Shown: in pieces, positions 47,155 through 60,000 of the stretch
How positions within the stretch are numbered: position 1 is the stretch's first letter
Layout of the letters: each line of letters begins with the position of its first letter
DNA from: Eledone cirrhosa
Taxonomy: Eukaryota
Assembly (NCBI GenBank): GCA_964016885.1
Contig: OZ024754.1
Span: forward strand, 26,040,001-26,104,000
Direction of reading: 5' to 3'
Length of the DNA: 64,000 nt
Position numbers and translations under genes: made by a program
The notes under the pieces: generated by a model
What the model saw: only the letters and a program-made list of their open reading frames with translations
What the model was told of the DNA's origin: nothing
The model's database searches: none

Positions 47155-48742
47155 GTTAACCCTAAGTAATATACCTCCCGTATTAACTGTTAACACTAAG
47201 TAATATACCTCCTGTATTAACTGTTAACACTAAGTAATATACCTCCTGTGTTAACTTTATTAACCCTAAGTAATATACCTCCTGTGTTAACTATATTAAC
47301 ACTAAGTAATATACCTCCCGTGTTAACTATATTAACACTAAGTAATATACCTCCTGTGTTAACTATATTAACACTAAGTAATATACCTCCTGTGTTAACT
47401 TTATTAACCCTAAGTAATATACCTCCTGTATTAACTATATTAACACTAAGTAATATACCTCCCGTGTTAACTATATTAACACTAAGTAATATACCTCCCG
47501 TGTTAACTATATTAACACTAAGTAATATACCTCCTGTGTTAACTTTATTAACCCTAAGTAATATACCTCCTGTATTAACTATATTAACACTAAGTAATAT
47601 ACCTCCCGTGTTAACTATATTAACACTAAGTAATATACCTCCTGTGTTAACTATATTAACACTAAGTAATATACCTCCTGTGTTAACTATATTAACACTA
47701 AGTAATATACCTCCTGTGTTAACTATATTAACACTAAGTAATATACCTCATGTGTTAACTATATTAACACTAAGTAATATACCTCATGTGTTAACTATAT
47801 TAACACTAAGTAATATACCTCCCGTGTTAATTATATTAACACTAAGTAATATACCTCCTGTGTTAACTATATTAACCCTAAGTAATATACCTCCTGTGTT
47901 AACTATATTAACCCTAAGTAATATACCTCCTGTGTTAACTATATTAACACTAAGTAATATACCTCCCGTGTTAATTATATTAACACTAAGTAATATACCT
48001 CCTGTGTTAACTATATTAACACTAAGTAATATACCTCCCGTGTTAACTATATTAACACTAAGTAATATACATCCTGTGTTAACTATATTAACACTAAGTA
48101 ATATACCTCATGTGTTAACTATATTAACCCTAAGTAATATACCTCCTGTGTTAACTATATTAACACTAAGTAATATACCTCCTGTGTTAACTATATTAAC
48201 ACTAAGTAATATACCTCCTGTGTTAACTATATTAACACTAAGTAATATACCTCCCGTGTTAACTATATTAACACTAAGTAATATACCTCCTGTGTTAACT
48301 ATATTAACACTAAGTAATATACCTCCCGTGTTAACTATATTAACACTAAGTAATATACCTCCTGTGTTAACTATATTAACCCTAAGTAATATACCTCCTG
48401 TGTTAACTATATTAACACTAAGTAATATACATCCTGTGTTAACTATATTAACACTAAGTAATATACCTCCCGTGTTAACTATATTAACACTAAGTAATAT
48501 ACCTCCCGTGTTAACTATATTAACACTAAGTAATATACCTCCTGTGTTAACTATATTAACACTAAGTAATATACCTCCCGTGTTAACTATATTAACACTA
48601 AGTAATATACCTCCTGTGTTAACTATATTAACACTAAGTAATATACCTCCTGTGTTAACTATATTAACACTAAGTAATATACCTCCTGTATTAAATGTTA
48701 ACCCTAAGTAATATACCTCCTGTGTTAACTATATTAACTCTA
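47155..48742. repeat. 36-bp minisatellite, about 44 copies
   Basis: Unit TTAACACTAAGTAATATACCTCCTGTGTTAACTATA with a few recurrent variants. Confidence 0.95.
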
Positions 48743-49032
48743 ACTAAGCCATATATTTATAAACCACTTGCACCTGACATTTCCTGACAATCTCAGTCAA
48801 GATATAAATTATTTATCTACTTTATCCTTATCGTAACCCTTTTGATACCAAACCACCTGAAACTGACTCAGTTTCTGTGATATAAAACTTTATTTTAAAG
48901 TGTTTAGATTTATCTAAAAACTTTCCATCAATATATTATGTAAGAATCTTTGTTAACTCTTTTCATATCAGCCTTGTCAAAACTGGTTCTGGTTCTATAA
49001 CACAAAATCACACATTTTAAAGGGTTCTTATT

Positions 49033-49242
49033 TAACCCTTTAGCATTTGCATTACTTTACATTTACTATTATATTTTCATGGTAAACACATTACCTCTCA
49101 TAATTATCTCACTTGATATTGAATCTATTAGATTTTGATATTTATTTTAAGAACAATATCCTAACATCAGTATGAGTGGCTGGTTACAGCCAGTTTGAAC
49201 AGAAAGAGGTGAGAGAATTCTGGGCGAATGCTTTAGGGTTAA
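49033..49242. mobile_element. piggyBac-like MITE (related copies 36296-36497 and 57545-57936)
   Basis: TTAA-CCCTTTAGCATT ... AATGCTTTAGGG-TTAA termini. Confidence 0.7.
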
Positions 49243-49505
49243 ATTAAAAACTTCCAACATAATTTTATATAAGAACCATATGTTAAGTTACTACCTTGTT
49301 AATGAAATAATTTAAACAAATCCCTCAAAATTCTTTATTAATTGAAATAGAGAATATTTCATTAGAAATGCCATCACAAAACAATTGAAGTTATGTTGCA
49401 TGTGATTATTTTCGGAATTAACTTTAAAATCATAAGCAGTGTATTTCATTTAAGTGTTAACTGAAAATAACTACCACTCACATTTTGTAGAAGAATGGTT
49501 GGCAT

Positions 49506-49995
49506 TGGATTGGCAGTATCGGTAGAGAGTTGGACACCATGCTTTGCAGCAAAGTTACGGCCCTTTACGGTCTGAGTTCAAATCCCACCGAGGTTAACTT
49601 TGCCTGTCCTTACGGGGTCGATAAAATAAAGTACCAGTAATGTACTGAGATAATTGCTGGCCTTGTGCCAAAAGTAGAAACAATTATTAGAGGAACAGTC
49701 AAGGTGGTGGATTGGCAGTATTGGTAGAGCGTCAGATATCATGGTCTGTGGCATAGAGTTATGACCCTTTATGTTCTGAGTTCAAATCCTGTCAAAGTTA
49801 GTTTTGCCTTTCATCCTTACAGGGTTGATAAAATAAAGCATCAGTAATGCACTGGGATCAATTTACTTGACTCCACCCCCTTCAAATTAAGCCTTAAGTA
49901 GAAACAATTAAAAGAGGAACAGTTGGCAGAGCGATGGACACTATGCTTTATAGCATAGAGTTACTGCCCTTTATGTTCTGAGTTCAAATCTCACC
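49506..49995 (+). mobile_element. Cluster of three tandem SINE family A copies
   Basis: A/B boxes repeated at about 49510, 49711 and 49923. Confidence 0.8.
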
Positions 49996-50847
49996 ATACT
50001 CTAGTTAGTAATATTCCATCTGCCCCCCCCCCCCCCCAAAAAAAAAACCAATAGGTTATGTGCTAGTTAGTAATATTTACTGCCAATAAAACAAATGGTT
50101 ATGTACTAGTTAGTAAAATTTGCTGTTAATATAACAATGGGTTATCTATTAGTTAGTAATATTCCATCTGCAATTAAAACAATGAACATTGTACTAGTTA
50201 GTAACATTTGTACAAGACATTATTATGAGAAGAAGTATATAATTTCTGTCTAACTTGCTTTGCTATTAACAACAATGTTGAACGAGGAACACACGTTCAG
50301 TTAAGATTAGAGGCAGGCTGACATTACAGACATTTGGGCAATGTCCAATAGGCCATTGGGTTGAGTAAAAAAGTTTTAAATTAAAAAAAAAACGATAAAA
50401 TGTCGTAGCTGTTGCACATAGTGTGAAATGAAAGTGGGGCGTGTTATAATTAGACATGTTAAAATTGATAAAAAGTTTCTTTATTTTCTTCTCAGATAAA
50501 AAATGGACCTCTGTCAGTTTTGATGATTAGTGGTCCAGTTTTTCAGTTGACAGAACAACCTACTCATGAAATTAATGAGTGGCTGAACATTCCACAGACA
50601 TATGGACACAGAAGGTAATTACCAGGAAGATTCCACATGACACAGTGTGATGAGACTGACCTCTTCAATTACACAATAGGTTACAAACAGTTTCTGTCCA
50701 CCCAATGTAAGGGTCAACTCAAGGCAATGGTAAATGCCACTTGCCCAAGATGTCAGAGGATTGTACCTTGACTTATGATTGTGAAGTGAATACCTTAAAC
50801 ATTTAGCCATGCTATGTTCACTATTCTCAGATAAACAGCAAAATAAT

Positions 50848-51031
50848 TGTTTCTACTTTAGGCACAAGGCCAGCAAGTACCCAGTGCATTACTGGTACTT
50901 TATTTTATCGACCCCGTAAGGATGAAAGGCAAAGTCAACCTCGGCGGGATTTGAACTCAGATCGTAAAGGGACGTAACTATGCTGGAAAGCATGGCGTCC
51001 GACCCTCTACCGATACTGCCAATCCACTACA
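50848..51031 (-). mobile_element. tRNA-derived SINE family A with TSD
   Basis: 20-bp TSD CAGATAAACAGCAAAATAAT. Confidence 0.9.
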
Positions 51032-51646
51032 CAGATAAACAGCAAAATAATGAACAATGAACTTAATGGACAGATTTTTCGGGCAAAACCAAGCGACAGG
51101 AGATCAAGGGGTGGACTCCAAGCAAGATGGTTGGATAACATCCATGAGCTTGGCTGGTCTCGCCGGATCAGTTGGAGACAGTTGCTGGAAGGAGTGTTTG
51201 AGGAATTTGCCCGCACAAGAAGAACTTAATAGGTGATGAATGCACAAGCTGGTTTTAAGGCCCAATCCATTGATAACCCTCTCATATCTAAATGATAAAA
51301 TAAAAAAAAAAAACGTGTACAGAATATGAAAAACTGAAATATTAAAAATTCCCTATCTCCCTATTTCCCCTTTATTTTGTCAATTTAATCTTTTAATATA
51401 TTGTATATAAATTTATCAGTTGTTAAAAATTGAGCAGCTGACAGTTCCCTTGTTTGTATATACCTACACAGATAATTATGTGTGTGTATGTATGTATGTA
51501 TGTATGAGTATATGAGCATGTATGGATATATATATATGTGTGTGTGTGTATGTATATGATGTGTGTGTGTGTGAGGTATAAGTTTATACATATATATATA
51601 TTTCAAATGTTCCCACCAGATCAGTCAGACACTTGAGATCAGAATC

Positions 51647-54600
51647 ATGTATTCTTCCTCCATATACCTTACTGCTATTGTTTGCCTGATTCCACTGACT
51701 TTGGCTAATATTCCATTTTCAGATTGTGGTAAGTTGTTATTTCATTATTATTATATATTTATATATATAGGCACTGGTATAGGTGACTGGTTAAGGTATT
51801 CACATTGTAACCATTTGGCTTTAGGGTTAACTCCCACTGTATGGCACCTTGGGCAAGTGTCTTCTATTTAGGTTGACTTATTGGCAGTATCGGTAGAGGG
51901 TCGGACACCATGCTTTCCAGCATAGTTACGTCCCTTTACGATCTGAGTTCAAATCCCGCCGAGGTTGACTTTGCCTTTCATCTTTACGGGGTCGATAAAA
52001 TAAAGTACCAGTAATGTACTGGGTAATTGCTGGCCTTGTGCCTAAAGTAGAAACACTTATTTATGTCATGTATATGAAATTTGCTAGAAGGAAACTACAG
52101 AGTACCATCATATAATAATAATAATGAAAATTATTGTGTACAGTGCACAACTCATTAAAGGTGCATGTATAGTAGATAGAATAATTGTTTCTACTTTTTG
52201 GCACAAGGCCAACAATTATCCCAGTGTATTACTGGTACTTTATTTTATCGACCCCGTAAGGATGAAAGGCAAAGTTAACCTCGGCGGGATTTGAACTCAA
52301 TCCGTAAAGGGACGTAACTGTGCTACAAAGTATGGCGTCCGACCCTCTACCGATACTACCAATCCACCGTATAGTAGATAGAATAATGTACACGTATCAG
52401 GAAAGTGAAGAATGTATGAGTCATGATATTCACACAGATACATGCATGTGTGTGTATGGAGGGGGAATATCAGGTGTAGTGTTGGCGAATTTTGGGAAGC
52501 AGGGAAGTTTTGAAGTGTCCCGACACCTAACAACTGATACAGTATGTGTGTGTGTTTATGTCATGTAACTTTGCAGTTTGACAAAATGAGATTGGTGAAA
52601 TAAATACCAGATTAAAAAAGACACAATTAGGTACTGGGGTTGATATGGTCAATTAACTCTCTGAGGTAGTGCTCCTGTATAAAATAAGAATAAAAACATG
52701 TATATATAGGACAGCATTCTTCACCATATGAGATGTCATCTGGTGGACCACAGGTGTCTGTTCTTGGTCCCCTTTTGTTTGTTGCAATATATTAATGACA
52801 TAGATGCCAACTTAAATAATTGTTTCTACTTTTGGCACAAGGCCAGCAATTATCTCAGTGCATTACTGGTACTTTATTGTATCGACCCCGTAAAGATGAT
52901 GAAAGGCAAAGTTAACCTCGGCAGGATTTGAACTAAGGGACGTAATTCTATGCTTCAAAGCATGGCGTCCAGTCCTCTACTGATACTGCCAATCCACCAC
53001 CCTAACTTAAATAATGCCACAGTACTTGAAATATGCAGATGACATCAAGCTGTAGCTTGGGATAAAAAGGACAGATCCTGAACACTATAGATCTTTCCTG
53101 GACACAATGCAGCAATGGATCACGGACTGGTAACTCAAGCTGGCTGTGGACAAGTGTACCACCATGCATTTTGGGTGGAAAAACCAGGCATCCCCATACT
53201 CCCTCCACAACACTAATATCAAGAAGTCTTCTTGTGAACGTGACCTGGGCATTACTGTCAGCAGTGATTTGCATTGGACAAAGCACATCTCTAAAATTGT
53301 CAAGAGGGCCGAGGGTATCTTAGCATCACTCAGCAAGACCTTTAGTGTATGAGTCATGATATACATGTGTATGGAGAGGGGATATCAGGTGTAGTGTTGG
53401 CGAATTTCAGGAAGCATGAAGGTTTTAAAGGATGCAGTGTCTCGGCAGCTAACAACTGATGCAGGTAGTTTGTTTCATGCTTCAGCAACTCTGAGCATGA
53501 AAAAATGTTTCCGAAAGTCATGAGAGCTGTGCTGTTTTCTGACTTTGTAGGCATGTCCACGTGTGGAATTCAAAAAGGTGCTCAGGGTTGTTGTTGGCAA
53601 GATGGTTAATAATTTTGTGGGTGTTTGCCAAGTCAGTTGCTCCAACGAACTTCAATGTATCCATGCCCAGGGAAGCAAGGCGTTCAGAACATGGTAGATG
53701 CCTCATGGAGGGTATCCGCTTGGTTGCATGTCTCTAAACAGTATCCAGGAGGTCAATGTTCTGAGCAAGATAGGGGTTCCAGACTGATGATGCAAATTCT
53801 AAGTGTGGTCGCACCATAGCTATAGAGTTGAGAGAGAGTAATGTTAGAATGGATGATGGTGTCGTGTGTGTACTCACTTGTGGATTGCTTAATAGTGTTG
53901 TTGGAGTGTAAGCGAAGGAAGGTTGATGTACCTGATACAGTGTCACCAGAGATTGCGTGTGTGCAAGTAAGTGAGTAACATAAATATAAATACTCTAAAA
54001 TTAGCAGCTTTGTATCAAAGCCAGGAGTGGTTTGGTATCAAATAGTTAATTTGGTGGTTGGAACACATCAAAGGTTTTTACATAAAATTATGATAGGTTT
54101 TCAGACACTTTAAAATAAACTGCATTCTGTCATAGAACCAGTGCTGGTTTCAAGTTGATTGACATCAAAAGGTTTAAACAACTTTGCCATTGGTTTCTGT
54201 CATTTTCTAATATAAACATCTCTTGGCTTTATGTAAAGTGTTGGTCTATAAGAAATTGCTGACATTTGAATTTTTAATTGACAGGGTCACAATTTGCTGA
54301 ATTATAATAGTGCTTGAAGATCATTAGCACTTCTGGTTAAATACTGACTTGGTCTGCAACAAATCAGTCATTCCCTTGCAGGGAAAAATGAATGATGACA
54401 ATAGATTTTACTCTCTCTTAATTCTTTGTAGGATCAAAGCTTGCTAAGATCAATTCCATCACACTAAATGACTGCCAAGAACTTCCCTGTGTTGTAAAGA
54501 AAGGAACATTTGCAAACTTCACAGTCAATCTTACTCCCAGTAAGTATCTATAAAAGTCTTTACTCTAGTACAGCAAAGTTTCACTAGTAAAGATACTATC

Positions 54601-55450
54601 AACATTTGAATTAAACCCGATTTTTAGATATTTTCTGTTAAATTAAAAGATGTTAAGAGTTAAAATCATTTTTATATGATTTTTCCTTTCCAGATGAAGT
54701 TATATCTACAATCAAGATTGAAGTGTGGGGAACTGTTTCACCGCTCCCTCCAATTCCCTTTAATCCAGGTAGCCCAGATGGATGTAAAGGATCCAGTTTG
54801 AAATGTCCTTTGCAGGCTAACACACCTGTTGACTTCAGAAATCACCTGGAAGTGAAAAAGATATACCCCTCAGTAAGTTTCATATTATTTTCCTTCATCA
54901 TCATCGTTCAACGTCTATTTTCCACGCTAGCATGGGTTAGACGGGTTGTGTCGTTTGAAGCAAGTCGGGTCAGGTAACCGTGTCTTGCTCTTACAGAACT
55001 GATTTTGGCTGGGTTTCTACAGCTGGATGCTCTTTCTAATGGCAACATTTACAGTGTGCTGGGTGTTTTTTGTTGCGACACCTACATGACCACTTTACAG
55101 TGCGAGCTGGGAGCTTTTTGTCGTGACACCTACATGACCACTTTACAGTGTGGGCTGAGAGCTTTTTGTCATGACACCTACATGACCACTTTCCCTTCCT
55201 TTTTTGTTTTCATAAGTATAAAATGCATTTTTACAGTAAGCGTTTAAATATAAATTTGAAAGCAGAGGCAACGGAAAGTAGTTCCAGCTAGATTCTTTTC
55301 AAAACTATTTGAAAATCATGTTTCGCCAATCTCTAGTAGCTTCTAAATATTTCTCATTTGCAGGTGTCGGTCATTAACCGTTGGCAATTATCAAACGAGA
55401 AGAAAGAGAAAATTATGTGCTTTGACATCAGCTTAAAGATTGTTGATTAG
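51647..55450 (+). CDS. NPC2: NPC2 / ML-domain sterol-binding protein; exons 51647-51728, 54432-54539, 54694-54872, 55364-55450
   Basis: Signal peptide, F.DCG, C...PC..KKG, PDGC...LKCPL, YP, W.L.....I.CF (six Cys). GT-AG introns in phase 1,1,0. AATAAA at 55516. Confidence 0.9.
52186..52368 (-). mobile_element. SINE family A with TSD, in NPC2 intron 1
   Basis: 19-bp TSD GTATAGTAGATAGAATAAT; another copy on + at 51880-52057. Confidence 0.9.
52740..53822. mobile_element. CR1-clade LINE remnant: RT part on + (52740-53340, SINE at 52821-53003) and 3' part inverted (53347-53822)
   Basis: SVLGP..F..YIND, YADDIKL, CERDLGI on +; MVRPHLEFASSVWNPY on -. Confidence 0.8.
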
Positions 55451-56187
55451 TTTGCGCTTCGTTTTCTTTTAAATTTTTATTTTTCTATTACACACACTAT
55501 TTCTTTCATTTGTGAAATAAAATCTATTTAAATACAATTAAACATTTGGAAATATTCTTTATATTTTGTAGCAATATTTCTAGGCCAGCAAGGGATGATT
55601 GGTGCTGTAAATTTTAAGTGTTGGGTTAACCAATGCCTTTCAAGAGAAATTTTATAGACAGAAACTGTACAAAGTCCGTTGTATATTTATATATCATCAA
55701 CATTTTACATCTATTTTTCATATTGACATGGGTTAAATGAACTGTTACATTCTGAGAATTGACAAGGTAAATGACCACATGTTGCTCATATTCCATTTTG
55801 GTATGGTTTCTATACTTGGTTGCTAAAGCATGTACTGCTTATAGTTTATTGTGGTACCAGCATATATATATATATACATATAATATAGAGAGGGAGATCA
55901 TAGATAGGACAACACACTGTTTTTCGTGGGGGTAAGTTTTTATTAATTTTTGTATTCTGAAAGACAAAAAATATAACAAAATTTTTGCTCATTGGACTCC
56001 GGGGAAATGTTCTGACAAAAGCTGTGGAAGCTACAGAAATATTCCATATATTTTTCCAGAGCAATCTCTATTTAAAAAATTTTACATTTTACGCTTACTT
56101 GTCCCCCATTGCAAAATGGCCATAAATTCAAATTTTGAAAAGAGAGGGAAAAGGGACAAGTGATCTATGAACTATGAACTTGTTATA

Positions 56188-56371
56188 TCTCGTAGAGGTA
56201 GACCACGAAAAACATGGGCGGAGGTGGTGAGAACAGACCTCAGATTGCTGAAGCTCACGGTGGAGATGACGAAGGACCGTGACAAGTGGAGAGATGCTGT
56301 GCTGAATAAGACCCATCCCACCCTTGCAAGCAGGGAAAAGCGGACATAAAATGATGATGATGATGATGATG
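56188..56371 (+). mobile_element. 5'-truncated RTE LINE 3' end, same family as 895-3515
   Basis: RGRPRKTWAEVVRTDLRLLKLT, shared 3' UTR and (GAT)n tail. Confidence 0.9.
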
Positions 56372-57051
56372 TCACCGTTTAACAACTATTTTTTTATGCT
56401 TGCACGAGTTAGATGGGTTGTTCACATTATGATACAAGTCTGGCCAGCTGGCTATGCTATACCTAGCTCAAATGGAACTGTATTTTGGCTGGTATATTTT
56501 TTTAAACAGCTGGATGCCCTTTCTAACACCAATCACATTTACAGTGTGGAACTGGGTGGTTCCATTAAGACAAGTCTGACCAATTGGCCATGCTGTACCC
56601 TGCTCATAATGGAACCGTATTTTGGATATATATATGTGTGTGTGTGTGTTTATATTTACAATGCTTAACAACCAGTGTTGTTTGTTTGTCCTGTAATGTG
56701 GTAATTCAACAAATAGTCTAGTCTAAAAGTCTAAAGTCTATCTCAAGCCCAGAGGCTCATCAAATGCTTATCCCAGTTTCCATGGCGTTAAGTGACAGAG
56801 TACAATACTCCCCCCTGGACAGGATGCCAGACCATCGCAGGGTTAAACTCCCAGTTATTGCTACATTGATAAAATAAATACCAGACTTAAAAATAAGTAC
56901 TGGGGTTGATATTGATTCACTAAGTCCATTAAAGGGGCTACTTCAACATGGTCATAGTTTAATGACTGAAATCAGTAAAAGAATAAAATAATACATGTGT
57001 ATTTGAAAAATATATTTTATATTTTAATTCACGTTGTTTTGTTCTTATTAA

Positions 57052-60000
57052 CTACGACTCCGTTACAAACATGTGTACAAGTTTTGATGAATGTATCATT
57101 AAAGAACTTCTCTTGGTACCAACCACCGATGCTAACCTTTGTACATCGTACTTGCTGTACAAGATAGTCCCTGTTGTATCATCTTGTGGTAACTTCTTAA
57201 GTTTTACATCGTTTATCAGGTTACAAACTTCACTGAAGAAGTGTGGATACAATGGTAATTCATAGAATATTATGTGACGAATACCTCGTAATCTTGTTCT
57301 GAAAATAAATAAAATAAATGTGTGAAGTGGTAGTGCTGGTGCAAAATAAAAAAAAAATAAAATAAAAAATGCTGCTTCAAAACTTAATCCTGTTTGGAAC
57401 TAAACAATTATTAAAGTTTGAAAAACTTATTCATGTTAATATGATGCTTGGGTGAAAGATTACTAAATGACAATTCGAAATGAGGAATTGAGGAAAGCTG
57501 AGATTACAAAGGAAGAAATGGGATTTGGGCCTCTGAAAGTCACTAGCATTTAAACCGGCTGTATCTAGCTAGGATTGTCTCACCTCTTTCTGTTCAAACA
57601 GGCTGTAACTGGCTGCCCATACTGACATTAAGGTATTGTTCCCAAAATAAATAACACCAAAATCTCGTAGATTCGATATTATGTGAGATAATTATGTAAG
57701 ATAACTTTGCCACAAAAATACAATAGTAAATATAAAATAATTGTTTCTACTTTTGGCACAAGGCCAGCAATTATCCCAGTGCATTACTGGTGCTTTATTT
57801 TATCAACCCCACAAGGGTGAAAGGCAAAGTTAACTTGGGCGGGATTTGAACTCAGACCGTAAAGGGCTGTAACTATGCTGGAAAGCATGGCATCCGACCC
57901 TCTACCGATACTGCCAATCCACCGCTAAAGGGTTAAATACATGATACCAAGTTAAACAGAAGATATTAATTTAAAAAAAGGTAGCTGATAATACCTGAAG
58001 TAGAAGTGGTGTCTTTCTGTGTAAAGTAAGAAATTAGTTTTTCCCAAAAAGAACCGACTCCTTGTTGCAGCGATATCTTTACGTTTAGAATATCTGTAAT
58101 AAAGAGAGGAAATGGTAGAGATCTATCATCATCACCACCACCACCACCACTGTTTAACGTCCATTTTCCATGCTAGCATGGGTTAGACGAGTTGCCCCGT
58201 TGTAAGACAAGCCAAGTCTGATGACCATGACTTGCACATACAGGATTGATTTGGGCCTGGTTTCTACAGCTGGATGCCCTTCCTTACGCTAATCACATTT
58301 ACAGTGTGTGTAGGATGCTTTTTGCCATACCCATGCTAGCGTAGAAAAATGGAGGTAAAATGGTGATGATGATGATATATAGATATATTTCTTTTATTTG
58401 CCACTAGGGCATCAAAAGTGGGACAAGTACAAAGGGGGGAGTTTACACAAAAAGGCGTCCTCAATAAGGAGGAGGCAATAACAAAATATAAAAATAAAAT
58501 AAGATATAACAAAAAATAAAATTTTTAACAAAATCCTCAATAGAGAGGAGGCGCCTTGGGGGGTCGCACACACCCCCGAAAAAAGTGTGCAACCCTTCTC
58601 CTCAGGAGCACAGAGAAGGGGTGCTCCCTTGGTCTTTCATCTTCCTCACCTATAGTCTGATGTAGAGTGAAGGCCCATTCACACGGGCCATTCTCGCCAC
58701 TTTCACCCATCTTTCATAGAAACGGCTGGGGTGCAGCACCTCTCTCTCCATCCTGATCCTTCTTCCGAAATGATATCGGAAGAAACGGACCAGTTGTTGG
58801 CCAGAGAGAAAGGTGCCCGACCTCAGTCCTTTCAGACGCGTCCACCGTACAACCTCTTTCGCCATGGCTATTACGCACAGAAACACCGCCTCTGCTTCAT
58901 CTTTGAAGGGGGGAGGCGGCTTGATCATTACAATAGACTCGGTGGTCAACCGGATCGGTCCCACCCTTGACAGCAGTTGTTCGACATAGCCCCACAGATC
59001 GGCTACGCCCGAGCAGTGTACTAATGCGTGTGCAACGGTTTCCTCGTCGCACACGCATCTGGGACAGATCTTTTTGGCGGGGTCCCTACCCGGGCGCCCG
59101 TGTCTGTAGAGCCTTTCTCGAACGGGTAAAGCCCCTCGGTAGCACTGCCAGGCCAGGGACTTCTGGAAGTTGTCCATAGGTCCCGGGCTGAATGTCCTAC
59201 CGAACAGGCTGGCCAGTTCGTCCTCCTCCATGTCTAGGGCTTCTCCGAGGGCGTCGTCGCACCTGCTGCGTACCAGCCCTCTATAGAATGTTGCGGTGGA
59301 GTCTCCACTGATAACCGGATCCGCCTGCCAGAGGGCGGTGAGCGCCTGGGCACACTCAGTGTGCCAGGCGCCCAGTTTTCTCGGTCTTTGCTTGACCCAG
59401 GATTGCAGCTCGGTGAGTGAGACGAGTCTGGGAAAGGTTCGTCTCACAAACGAGGCCCACACCGGTTGTCCGGTGAGGAATACGTAGAGGTGCCGTAGCC
59501 TTAATGCGTGTTTACGCATCACTAGCCACGGCATCCCCAGCCCTCCTTTCGAAGGGTGTTGACAGCAGATGGATCTCCTCACCATAGGAGCCCGCCTCTT
59601 CCAAAGGAATTGGAAGAGCGTGCGCTCCATCTTGGTGAGGGTTTCCCTTGGGCAGGGCACTACGGTCAGGCGGTAGTAGATGACGGACGCTATGTAGGTG
59701 TTCGCCACCTCCGCCCGACCTTTCAGGGATAGTTTGCAACTGGCCCACTTCTGGGTCAGTGCAAACACCCTGTTCGTAACCTCCGCCCAGTTTTTCTCCA
59801 CCTGGAGGTCCGGTCCGAACCAGACCCCGAGCAACTTCACCGGGCCCTCCGTCCAGCGTCCGACGGCGCTATCGGAGGGCATCGGTCTGCCCCTCCACGT
59901 GCCGAGTTGCAAACCGATCGACTTGTCCCGGTTCAGCTTAGCCCCTGTGAACTTTTCGTACTCCTCCAGTAAGGTGCCGACCGCCTCGATTTCGGAGGCC

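Noticed and set aside
47248-48711. 487-aa ORF of LTILTLSNIPPV repeats, or a CRISPR-like array
   Set aside because: By-product of a 36-bp tandem repeat; GTG start, no splice context, no unique spacers, no cas genes.
49506-49600. tRNA gene-like A and B boxes
   Set aside because: SINE heads: no cloverleaf and continuous with the SINE body.
35705-58230. Isolated CTGAnGA heptamers at 35708, 46533, 53785 and 58218
   Set aside because: No stem II-GAAA-NUH-stem I arrangement; chance matches.
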